A stretch of DNA of 64,000 nt from Lama guanicoe. Taxonomy: Eukaryota. The stretch covers positions 186,001-250,000 of the forward strand of contig MU053304.1 of NCBI GenBank assembly GCA_013239625.1, read 5' to 3'. Below are positions 1 to 11,505 of the stretch, piece after piece. The notes under the pieces were generated by a model. The model was not told the origin of the DNA and did not search any database. It saw nothing but the letters and a program-made list of their open reading frames with translations. Every line of letters starts with the position of its first letter. Within the stretch, counting starts at the first letter, position 1. Both the position numbers and the translations under genes were made by a program.

Positions 1-533
1 CCACACACATTCACACCCATAACAAGTACTACCTTCGTGCTCCTGGTCAAAACCTGGCAAAGACGAGAGAGGAAACCCAAGCAATCACAGCACAGCATGT
101 TCTGATCGGGAAATAGTGACCTCAGCTCCTGCAGATCAGTAACTGATAGCCAGAACAAAATGGCAAGGCGACCACCAACATGCAACAGCTGCAGCCCGCA
201 CAAATGCACCCCTCAGGAGAGAGACGTCAGCTGAGAACTTCATCATGAAAATCTGCCACATTTTATTTCTTAAAATTTCCCTTTTCCACAAAGATTTTAA
301 AAGGCTTATTTCCATAAAAGACAATTTTAATGACTTTACAGTACAAAGGTAACAAAAAGCTTAGCAGTTTTCCATCTAAGTATGAGAATCTTCAAAATTT
401 TTTTTATTTTGAAAAGTAAATGATTAATATATGGTTATTATTTTAAAATAGTCTTTCTTTAGATTCAGCAAATGTCCTTGCTGCTTCAAATGTCTGCCTC
501 CTTTTTTATTGTTGTACTTTTACCCACAGAAAA

Positions 534-716
534 AAACAAGATTATACCGTATAGCACAGGGAAATACATACAAGATCTTGTGGTAGCTCACAGCGAAAAA
601 GAATGTGACAATGAATATATGTGTGTTCATGTATAACTGAAAAATTGTGCTCTACACTGGAATTCGACACAACATTGTAAAATGACTATAACTCAATAAA
701 AAAAATGTTAAGAAAA
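534..716 (+). mobile_element. Young lineage-specific L1 3'-UTR fragment (5'-truncated)
   Basis: About 93% identical by manual alignment to the copy at 10081-10265 and similar to the copies at 47100-47690; ends caataaaaaaaatgttaa. Confidence 0.85.
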
Positions 717-2223
717 GAGTTCTTGATGAAGTAATGGCACAGCTGTGCAAAAGGAACCTGAAGGGCTATCTGAGCGGTAAGAGAAACTCACACTGTGAAG
801 ATTTCCTGACTACACCCTTAAAACTCGAAAACTAAGGAAGTAGCCCGTCAAGTATACACAATGGGATATGACAGAAAGGCAGATAAGAGTCAAGGCTGGA
901 TTTCCTGTCTTGATGTGAAATCGTTCCCTTTTCACTGCCAAGCAGAGTGTGGCGGGCACAATCACCAGGGGCCAGGTGGCACAGCCACGATCAGGCCTTT
1001 TGAGTGGATGGTGAGAAACTGGCAAGCCTCTGAGAAGTGCTATTTAGGGCTCAAGGGATTGACGTCACTTCTGGATAATGAGTTACGCTAAAAAATGATG
1101 ACATTGCAATCACACCACTTGAGAGCAAAAAAGAAACTGCAACTGTTCCCGCGTGGCTCTGGGAATCACATAAATCACACAGATCTTTGTCTCACTGAGA
1201 AAGTGGCACAGGACGGTATTTCTTAAATTGCATGAGGTATGACACACAGATTTGATTTGGTTTACTTCCCTAGGCCTAAAAGGCTAAGTACAGAATAAAC
1301 CCGATAAAAGCGGCATACTGTGGCCATCATTCAGAGCTGGCACTCAAACCACAGAACACTCCCAGGAGGGTTCATCCTGCACAAGTTACATGACCAACAA
1401 GCAAGTCACCAAGTGAGACTAAAAGTAAGTGTCAGAGCAAACTTTTCTAGCTTGTATGCCTTTATTTGCATTTCCTGTGAAGCATAAACCAGACACCATT
1501 CATAATAAAGGGCTTCAGAAGTAGCTAAAACTTAATGTTGCTTTTCTTTCAAAATGAATACCAACTGTGAGGAGCAAGCAGGCACAGCATCTGATCAAGC
1601 AGCTGGGTCGAGCAATTTCTTCAGATTACATGGAAGTGGCTAGCCATGATGCTCTGTAACCGTATGATCTGGATTTAAGTTAGACTGCTTTCTGAAAGTT
1701 TCCAAAAGAATATGGTACCCCTTCCCTGCTTACAGTGGGGTAATTTAATGTTTAATGCCATGAGTGAAACCTCTGAAGGATTAATACCAAAAGAGCACAT
1801 ATTCAAGCATATTTTTACATTCCTATTTTAAAGCATGGGAGACCGAGGTGCCCTGAATATGCCTGGAATTTTGCATGTTTTAGCACTAGTGTCTGAAAGG
1901 AGGGGTCTGATTATTTGATGTAATGAATTTCTTGCCATTCACAAGTACAAACAGGATTCATGACCTAACAGGAAATAAGTAGAGGCCCAGAATGTGCTTA
2001 TGTTTTATGACAAAAACCAAAAACAAACAAAAAAGGTGACTGCCTGGCAATTCAAGGAACCTATGGGTAACCAGCTGAGGTGGTAGGTAAGGGCCATTAC
2101 TGAAGAACCAGGGCCAAAATATGCCAAGTACCCATGCTTTAATGAAGAAATAATAAGTACCTAAAGGCTACCTTAACCAGTTTCTGTCTGGTATCTGCGG
2201 TTTTTATTGCCAAAATCACCTAC

Positions 2224-2471
2224 CCCAAGGCAAAATTGCTGTCTTCCTTCCAGTCCACGATGCGGCAGATGAACAGTGTGTTGGCATAATCCTTAGGCCG
2301 AGTCAAAAAGTCCTGGGGACAGTCCTTAAGAGGCACATAAATTCTAGGCACTCGGTGATCCGAGGGAGAAAACAGGGCATATTTCCTAAACAGTTCACTG
2401 TTCTTATCAGCCAAGAGTTTAAGGAAGCCAGTTGCTGCACGGGAATGTTTTTTCTCCAAGATGTAAACCAC
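2224..2471 (-). CDS. DIS3L2: DIS3L2 coding exon (human exon 8 equivalent, 248 nt): [83 protein letters not shown] (end of CSD1 and CSD2)
   Basis: ORF 2220..2471 is nearly identical to human DIS3L2. Acceptor tgttttcag|GTG, donor GG|gtaggt. Confidence 0.98.
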
Positions 2472-3454
2472 CTGAAAACACCAAAGATACAGTTAATACT
2501 GTTTATCTATAGGACTGGATAACAGTTGGGAGAAGTCAGCTGGGTGTTATTTGGTCAACCAGTTGGGTCCAGCAGTTCTTCTAGGTTCAAATGAAGTAGC
2601 TCTCAGTGATGCTCTGTGATTAAGTAATCTATATTTAAGTTGCAACAAGTATCTAGTGAGCACACATACCAAAGGAAAATTATGCTATACACGGATGCAT
2701 TAGACAGAAGTGCCTTTAAAACCAAGACCTATGTCTTAAGGAGATGTGTAAAATTCCAGCAGGGAAGATAGCTCAAGATGTTTGTTCTGTACTACATTTT
2801 TCCCACATGAACTATACCAGTATCTCACATGAACAATACAGGAGTTGTTTATTTAAAAATGTTATTAAACATAAATAATAACTGTTCTTTATTACACCTT
2901 CAAATGTCAAAACCTTTTAACCTTCCTTCTTTCCAAGATTAAACCCCACCTCTCATTTCACCAAAGATTCAGGCCACCACACCACTACAAGTTCATCCTG
3001 TTTCTACCAAGAGAGGCACGTCATCTTGGACTGACCCACCACTCCTCTCTCTTACTCTCCATAGGCTTTTCACCACATCAAGACCACTCGTGCCTTGGCC
3101 TCTCCCTCTTTTCTATGGCTATTAGCTTCTTCTTAGCCCTGGATCCTTTCCTACTCCCAGAGACACCATGCTCCGTTACTTCAAGTCCTGTCACCTGTGT
3201 CACCAAATACCTCACCCCTCTTGTCCTTCCAATGCAGCTACCCTAAAACCTCAATTCTGGAACAATTCAGCTGCTGCTATTCCCTAACCTTAAACGCAAG
3301 CTGAGTCCACCAGAAAAGAAGAAAATTACAATCACAGAGGCGGATACCATTGTACATTAACGTTATACAATCGTCGCTAGGACCTTAAAATCTCTAAGAT
3401 ATTTTTTCGCCTGTTCCCAGTCAGCACGTCTTTTCTTCAAACTCCACTCTCTTG

Positions 3455-4903
3455 ATCCTCTCCTACTGGGAACCTCTGATCTGAATGCTGAATCTTTTTT
3501 AATGTCCTACAACTTCCTGAGGCTCTGTTCAGATTGGGTAAATTCTACCGATCTGTCCTGAAGTTAACTAATATGCTGAGTCACCTCTACTCTATTAGTG
3601 AGCCCATCCAGCAAGTATTTTATTTGTTATTATACTTTTCAGTTCTTTAATTTCATTTGGTTCTTTTTTTTAATAACCTCTATTTCTTTGCTGAGACTTC
3701 CCATTTTCTTATTTATTTCAAGAGACTGTTTAATTGCTTGTTAAAGCATGGTTGTGATGGCTGTTTTAAAATCACAGTCAGATAACTGCAACATCTTGGT
3801 GTTGGCATCAGTTGTCTTTCCTCATGCAAGTGGTGATTTTCCTGGTTCCTGGTAGATGGGTGGTTTTCTATTGTATCCTGGACCTTTTCATAATAATGTT
3901 AGCAGATTCAAGGTCTTATTTAAATCCTTTCTTTTAAAAGGGAGTCACCTTGTCTAGGTTTAGCATGCAGGTCCGAGACTACATTTGTGGGCTGTGGTTC
4001 CAATAATAATTTAATTTTCAGAGCCTTTACAGTGTTATTTTAATACGTTTGGTTGACATGGTGCCACTGAGGCTCCCACTGGTTTCTGCTGGTACTGCTG
4101 AAGGGATGGTAAGAACTTCCTCAGGCCTGGTCACTTGGTCCCTTTAGTGTAGGTTAGGAACAAATCCTAGTCCCTGTCCATGCAGAGACAAGGAGACTAC
4201 CTACATAGGATTTTTGTGGTGGTGGTACCCCCTTCTACTGGTGTTACCTGGCTGCCCAGCATCTCTGGGTAGGAAAGGGGCATCTCAGGTCCATGAGGAT
4301 AAAAAAGCTCCTTGGACCACATACTTGTTGTGGTAGGATCTCCTTTGCTAGTGACACCTGGCTGCCAGGTGTCTCTGGGTGGGGGAAGGGTGTCTCAGGC
4401 CCATAGGGGCAAAGAGGCTTCTGGGGCTGGGCCACCTCTTTGGCAGCATCCCTGTTGTCAGAATCACCCAGATGGCTGCTGTCTCTTGGTGAGGGAGAGA
4501 AGTCTCAAGTGTGGTAAGGAAGGAAAGCCCTTCTCAAGCCACTTGTCATCGGCAGAGATCCCAGTCAGTCCCACTAAGAGGTGTTGCTGGGATTGCCTGG
4601 TGTTGTTGGAGGGACTCCTGGTTAGATCTGAGTGAGGAATGAGTCTGCTTGAGCCACCTACTACTGCTGGGCTTCGATCCAAAAACACAAGGCCTGGGTC
4701 ACCTTCTGTTGGTGAAAGGGTTATAAAGTCCGAAGCTACTATGTTGCTCTTCTAGTCCTGGAATCCCTAACTAGCTTTCCTTCCTCTTTTCATCTTTCAG
4801 AATTCTTCTCTGGTCGTCTCTCGTTACTGCCCAGAGTTTGTAGTTGCACTTAGGGAAGAGCAAGGAAAAACGAATCTATGCCATCTTGTCTGAACCAGAA
4901 GTC
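3455..4903 (-). mobile_element. Ancient L1M/HAL1-type 5' region (5' UTR and ORF1 remnant)
   Basis: T-rich antisense ORF1-like sequence at 3455-3900. The terminus reads gacttctggttcagacaagatggc on the minus strand, typical of old L1 5' ends. Confidence 0.65.
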
Positions 4904-5164
4904 CTTGCTTTCTGTTTTAATATCTGACAGACAAGAGGTATACAAAGCAGCGTGACATTACTTGCGGTTCATACATTAGTTTTCATAGAAACGACTTTAA
5001 CCAAGGTGTAAGTTTTGCATATAAGCGCTATTTTGCCTTGTAATTTTAGATTGAATTAAGAAATTATCTAAAAAAAAGAAGAAAAACCCTACCAAAACAA
5101 AAACAGCAAGAGAGAGAGCACCGTTGGGGGGCAGTAGCAAATAGCAGAACATAAGTTCTATCTA

Positions 5165-5385
5165 CAGAGGGTTGCCTCTACTCAGCTCTGACCAGTCATT
5201 TAAGAATGTGGCCCAGTGTGGCCGGATGTTTTGTTTTGTCAAGAGAAGCCAGAAGTCTGATTTTTTTTAGATAAATACTCCATTTTTTTTTTAATGTAAG
5301 CTACTAAGTCAAAATTTTTAAATACTGCACGGGTCAAACAAAACACAAGTTTGTGAGCCAGATCCAGCCACAGGCTTTCCATTCA
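5165..5385. mobile_element. Non-autonomous hAT-type DNA transposon remnant (MER-type, family uncertain)
   Basis: Motifs gagaagccagaagtctgattttt and actgcacgggtcaaacaaaacac...gagccagatccagcc resemble old MER elements. Confidence 0.45.
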
Positions 5386-6284
5386 TTATACTGTTCCACA
5401 CCTAGCATGTTGCCTGGCACATGGTCAGTATTCAAAACGCCTACTGAAATAAAGATCTAGATAACTGAACAGACAATGGGGGAGGGTAACATATATGTAA
5501 TATGCTTTAGAAATTCCTCATGTTAATATGCAGGAGACATTCTCCTAACCAACTTGCTAGACAGAGGGGCAGCATGGCACTCCCAGGTCAGACATGCAGA
5601 CGGATGCTCCTGGCGGAGGAAGTCTCGTGCCACACACACTTCATCCTTTGTCCTGCACCACTTCTCCCACCAGGAGCTGTCTGCATAGCAAGGCCAGCTG
5701 TGTTCAGTCTCACATCTGAATATGTCACTAACATACATAATTAAAAATAAAATTGAATAATATAAAACAACAGTGCAGGATATAAAAGTAATGGTTTTTG
5801 TTCCTAGGATAACTAAATTAAATACTTTGAAAAATATTTAAAGGACTTATTAAAAACTTACTTTTGAATTAGATAAGGGCATGGCAATTAAAAAAAATGC
5901 AGCAAAAAACCGTAAAAATCTGACTGTACATTCATATTGCTTCACTAGTGCCTAAATGTTCATCCACATTAAATAACCCAAACTGGAAATCATAGATTCA
6001 CATTACAAATGCAGTTTAAGCAGAAAAAGATAATGCAAGAACTTCAATAAACACACCTGCATGCAGAGAAAAGGCCTTGGCCCTTCATCCAAAGACAGGC
6101 AAATGGATATATATGTGTATATTTAAAGTTGTAAAAAAGATACACTTTTTATGATTCCCTGCTTCCACTAACTTTCCTGATTAACTGACCAACTACAGCC
6201 GTAACTCAGTTGCATGAGAGACCTGAAATAGGTAGCTCAGCCGAAAGCCTTTTGGACAAGAGGAGAAAATCTATAGGCAATGAC

Positions 6285-6385
6285 CTTTGCTGATCTTTGC
6301 AGCGACTTCTCTGGTAAAGCTCTTGTGTCCTGTTGCATGAAAGTGTTCTCGTCTTTTGTAACTGGTGCACCAGCATCTTCTTTTC
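6285..6385 (-). CDS. DIS3L2: DIS3L2 coding exon (human exon 7 equivalent, 101 nt): (G)[33 protein letters not shown]
   Basis: Translation matches DIS3L2. Acceptor ctctttttaaattag|GA, donor AAG|gtcatt (non-consensus at +3 to +5). Phase is compatible with both neighbouring exons. Confidence 0.96.
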
Positions 6386-6474
6386 CTAATTTAAAAAGAG
6401 AGAAAAGAAGAGTAGGAGGAATCAGTTAGAAGCATACCTATTAGGCAGACAGATGCATGGGATTTTCAAATTCA

Positions 6475-6575
6475 GAGCTGCAAGGATTCTTGGATACCAT
6501 TTACCTCAAACTACTCATTTTACAGAAAAGGAAACCCAGGCCCATAGTGGTTAGGTGACTTGGCTATGGTCAATT
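6475..6575 (-). mobile_element. MIR SINE fragment
   Basis: ctcattttacagaaaaggaaacccaggccc...ggttaggtgacttg is the antisense MIR core. Confidence 0.7.
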
Positions 6576-8299
6576 ACATCACCAACTTGTATTAATGCTC
6601 ACTCAGAAGGCCACATTTTATCTATTTAATGTTATTCATGTTAGGCATCCTACACGTGGAGAGCATCAAGTTATGTGGAATTAAACTAAATCGCCTATGT
6701 GTCAAAATGCCAAAAAAACGAAATGTTATACACTGCCCCAGCCCACGATGAAGACTAGAGATAGGTTAACTTATTATGCACATCTGTTGAAATAAAACAA
6801 AATCAAAATAAATGTTAACTTTTAAAAGTACTTTGGTACCAGCCATAACAAACAAAATGGTGGAAAATAGATTATATTTATTAAATAAACAAATAAAAAA
6901 GCCAATCCTGATTTTCCTGGCTTTTCTTAGTGACATTATATAAAGAGTAAAGTACTTAAAGTCTTTTAATATTTAATTTCCTTTCTTAAAAAACTTATAA
7001 AATGCACATTCACCCAAGAAACTGAAACCACATCTCCCCAGTAAAGAGGGAGTTAGGCTCTAGACCAGAAGTACTAAAACCACTCATGAAAAAAAGCAGA
7101 AAATTACACACTTCTGAACGTTTAATATTTTGTATTTTCATGTGTTACACTAGATTTCCCCCGCAAAATATTCTTATCCAACCATACTGGAGTTTCTGGA
7201 TGCTAGGGTCACAACCAATTCACGTGGGACCCACTCCAGCTAGCTAAGAGGGACTTGTACTATCATCATTTAGACATTACCAAGGCCAAAATAAATAAAT
7301 AAATCCTTTTCAGGACTGGCTGCCTCTTAGCAAAGGCTCAGCTGAAAGCCAACTTTATTCTGGGCGTACTCTGGAAACACTGACATGATCTGACCTACTG
7401 GGGCTTAAGAATAATCAACTGTATGCTTTTCCATTTATGCTAAAATCTACCTACCATAGTGCCCACTGAAAGCAGAATTCTTATTGTTTTCTGAAAAGAA
7501 AAAACAAATGAAAACGTTCCCATTGTTGATCATCGTCTACCAGTAGAAGAGGGACATCATCTACACTCATCTTTTCTTTTAGATCATAGTTTAGGATTCC
7601 AAAATCATCAGATGCTTCCAGAACAACATCTTTTATACTCTTAGGGAGAAAAAGCCACACAAGTTGTTGACCTATCCATAACATACCTTGCCAATGCGCT
7701 CTGCAGAACAAGGTAATTCAGGCAAGATTAGGAGGCTGGAATTACCATGAACAAGTATACGCTACCTAGATATTTGAGATCTGAGCTTTTGGTCTCAAGA
7801 GCTGGTAATCAAGACAGGGTAGTGGGGGCTTTTTGGAGACAGCCTAAGTCCTGGGCGTGCAGCTTTCTGTTTAGGTCACTGATGACTCCATCTTAAAATG
7901 ACTGCTGCTTCAGATTCTATCCCAACAACAAGCAAGCCTTCTGTTCCAAAGGTTATGCCAGGTTGCGTTCAAAAGAAGAGGGGAAGCCATGTAAGTAGGC
8001 CTAATCATGAGTTTCAGACATCACACTTGAACATGACCTTTTCAAGTTCTGTGTTCATAAGGATATCCTGGCAGAAATAAGACTTTATTTAGACAAAGAT
8101 GGATTTTAATAAATTAAACTGAAGTTTTACAGCTTTGCAGGTGAGCACCATGGATATGTTCAATGAATGTGAAGAAACACAATGCCAGGTTGGAAAAGTG
8201 AATCACCTTAATAGGTTGCCAACAACTACACCTTGCCACAATGAACAGCAAAGTTGTCAAGTTAATGAATCTATTGCATTATTTAATCACAAGAGCATG

Positions 8300-9700
8300 T
8301 TTATTCATTTATTCCATGTGTATTTATTGAGCACTGGGCATTGAGGATTCAGTGTGAACAAAAGAAATATGGTCCAAGCCTTTATGGAACATACAGTTTA
8401 ATGTTAGAGTGATATTCAATAAGTAAGAATTTAATAAATAGAAAATTACAAATTGTGATGAATGCTAAGAATGAAAAGAACACTCCCAAGGAGGAAGAGG
8501 AGAGAACATACGATTTAATTTAAGAGATCAGGGAAATGGCCCTGTATGCAACTGACATTTAAGCTGAAATCTGAGGTTGGTTTGTGTAGGAGTGAAGAAG
8601 GGGACAAAAGACCCCAGTGGGGAATGGTACTTGGAGGGGGGCAGAGGTAGGAAGTCCTTGGCACAGTCAAGGAACAGAAAGACCATATGACTGGAGCACA
8701 GTGACCAAGAATGGGCATGGCAAGAAATAGAAATGAGAGGTAGATGGGAGTCAAGTCAGATGGGGTCTTGAGGGAGTTAAGAATCCTTAATTTAAACCTA
8801 AACACAATAGGAAGCTGGCTAAGGATTTTGTTCAAGAAAGTGACTGCCCCACTTGAGACCAGAGCAACCTAAAAGGGAATGTAGGGAGACCAGTTAAGAG
8901 CTATCACAATAGTTCAGACATGAAAGGATAGTGCTGCAATGCAGGCACTGAAGATGGAATTCAAAGCATCAATTTAAGACATATTTTGGAGTTGAACTAA
9001 CAGACTTTGGTGGTAATTAGATGCGAGAGTTTAAGGATTATTAGATATGAGAAATGAAGGATTATGTCCAGCTTCTCGACATCTGCAGCTAGGCTGACAG
9101 AGGCTGATGGAGGCATTACTAGCACAGGGAAGATTAGAGGGGAAGGTGAAAATCAAGAGTTCTAGTTCAAAGGTGGATCTACTCGAGAGGCCACCTGTGA
9201 GACCTTCAAGTGATGATGTTGAGTAAACAGTTCAACAGGAAGATCTGGAACTCAAAAAGAGACATATGGACCATGGCTTTAAGTATAATTTATATGCTGA
9301 GCATTTCCATATTTATACTCTCCAGCCCAAGCTGCAGAGAAGAAATTCAAACTCAAGTCTCTTCAACTACTAAGATCAGGAAGCTCAAACTCCTCCCACT
9401 GATGACGTGTTCAAGTATGGAGTAATGTGCTGTCAGTGTTAAGGAAGTAAGAAAAACTCACTGCATATGTGAGTTGGGCTTGAAGGATATACAGATGTTT
9501 CAGAGAAAGATAAAGAAGTTGAATGGCATTCCAGGTAAAGGTTGGCACTTGTGCAACGGCCCAGAGCTGTGAAAGAGCCTGACATGGTAAAAGACTAGTA
9601 AGAAGTTTACTGTAGCTACTAACGAGTTCAGGACACAAGTGCTGGGCAGGAAGGGACAATGGGGAAAGGAGCAAGGCTAGTGGAGAGGTAGGACAGGTCC
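8300..9700 (-). mobile_element. L2 LINE fragments
   Basis: Starts with an antisense L2 tail (ttattcatttattccatgtgtatttattgagcac), followed by purine-rich antisense L2 body. Confidence 0.65.
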
Positions 9701-9714
9701 TAGGGCAGAGACTC

Positions 9715-10490
9715 TAGTTACTACTCAATTATCTAGACTCTTCTTTCCTAGTAGTAAGAATTCTGATTTTTTAGCTAGTATTAGTTAGAAGACTACATTT
9801 CTCAGTCTTTTTGCAACTAAGCATGGCTGGCATGTCTAAATTTTAGCCAATAAGCAGTACGTTAAAGTGTTGTGATTTAAAGAATGGAGGTACTGCCTTT
9901 CCATCTTTCCTCCTTCTTCCCAGCTGGAATGTGGATGTGTCAGCTGGACGTCAACTACTCACCTTGGTCCTGGAGGCTACAGCACAAGCGTGCCTTCTAC
10001 TGTGCAGAGCAGCACAACAGAATGAGTTGAAACTGTGGAAATAACCTAGAAGCTCTAATCTGCCTACCTCTCTTACTCTTTTTTTTTTTTTTAACATTTT
10101 TTATTGATTTATAATCATTTTACAATATTGTGTCAAATTCCAGTGTAGAGCACAATTTTTCAGTTATACGTGAACATATATATATTCATTGTCACATTTT
10201 TTTCTCTGTGAGCTACCATAAGATCTTGTATATATTTCCCTGTGCTATACAGTATAATCTTGTTTATCTATTCTACAGTTTTGAAACCCGTCTATCTCTT
10301 CCCACCCCCCATCCCCTTGGCAACCACAAGTTTATATTCTATGTCTGTGGGTCTATTTCTGTTTTGTACTTATGCTTTGTTTGTTGTTTTTTTTCTCTCT
10401 TCCTCTTTTATGTGAGATGGAAATACACTTTCTTGTTCATGCCACTGTTATTTTAGGATTTAATGCCACTCTCAGCAGAACATACTCCTT
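9715..10490 (+). mobile_element. MLT1 (ERVL-MaLR) LTR interrupted by a young L1 fragment
   Basis: MLT1 motifs ttttagccaataag, ccagctggaatgtggatgtg, ctgcctacctc and gccactgttatttt continue across the L1 insertion. Confidence 0.6.
10081..10394 (-). mobile_element. Young L1 3'-UTR fragment, sense to DIS3L2, with TSD
   Basis: Poly(T) plus tttatt at the left end. Flanking direct repeat ctctcttactctt (10068-10080) / ctctcttcctctt (10395-10407), 1 mismatch. Confidence 0.9.
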
Positions 10491-11249
10491 AACACACAGG
10501 TCCAGACAGTGAAACTGATAAGCTTGGATATCATCCTATAAAACATTATAAAGGCTAGGGACACATACATTTTAGAGCTATGAATCTGGTAGTGCTCTGA
10601 AATGGAGAGAGACTAGTAACAGAGATCTTAGGAAGCTAGGGTCACACTCCGGCGAAACACAATCAGAATCTAAATTAAGATAGTGGCAGTGAGAGTGAAC
10701 AGAGGCAAGATTTGAGAGGTTTCTGAGAAGGATGCTGCTACGTGTGTCTCCAACACTATGAATGACTTAGTATAAGAAAAAGGGGCTCAATTTAATTGAG
10801 TATCAGGAAGAATGCTTTGACAGAACAGTAAAACTTCTTAATGAATTACCAGAACAGGGCAGAGCTGCTGGCAGTCCTCAACAAGGGAAAAGGTTATGTG
10901 TTCCCACAAGCCTTCAGCTTTGTCATACTAATGCATTTGTGGTTCCTTCCAGTTAAAAAATTCTAGAAATAGTGATTATCAAAAATCCTTCATCTAAATA
11001 AGATAATTTTCTAAAAACTAGGTACACTACTAATGTAAGCAACTGCTCATTATATTCTCTAAGAAACACTCTAAAAAGAAGTCCAGTGAAGTCCTATTCT
11101 TTTTCTACAGATTATCTGAAACTTCAACTTTAAACATACAAATAGTAAAATGTTATGGTTTGCTGGATGGCATTGCCATTTTTACATATAACAAGTGCAA
11201 ACCCAACACCTCATTTTGGTATAAGAAATGATTCTTTTGGGGGGGTAAC

Positions 11250-11505
11250 TTTTTTTAAGGTTTTATTTTTAGAGCAGTTTTAGGATTACAATAAAATAGA
11301 TGGGGAAGTACCGAGATTTTCTATATACTCCCAGACCCTCCACATTCCATAGCCTTCCCTGACATTAACATCCCCCACCAGAGTGGGACACTTTTTACTC
11401 AGGATGAACCTATGTTGACCCATCCTTACCACCCAAAGTCCACAGTTTACATTTCAGATCACTTTTGGTGTCATAGGTTCTGTGGGTTTGGACAACTGTA
11501 CAAAG
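11250..11505 (-). mobile_element. L1MB/MC-type 3' end fragment
   Basis: ttttagagcagttttaggattaca...ccccaccagagtgg...gatgaacct...acccaaagtccacagtttacat is an old L1 3' UTR in antisense. Confidence 0.75.

Noticed and set aside
2220..2471. ORF-track call of a standalone 83-aa protein
   Set aside because: The 'start' is the GTG Val at an exon acceptor and the 'stop' lies in the donor gtag; this is an internal DIS3L2 exon.
7481..7711. 76-aa minus-strand ORF with an acidic, protein-like stretch
   Set aside because: Non-ATG start, no recognisable homology, and its end is a polypyrimidine tract; only the adjacent 36-nt exon candidate was kept.
10130..10456. Apparent small protein family (ORFs 10130..10456, 47122..47307, 47451..47651 sharing VSYHKILYIF.CAIQYNL)
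   Set aside because: These are antisense translations of the same L1 3' UTR; the similarity reflects repeat copies, not a gene family.
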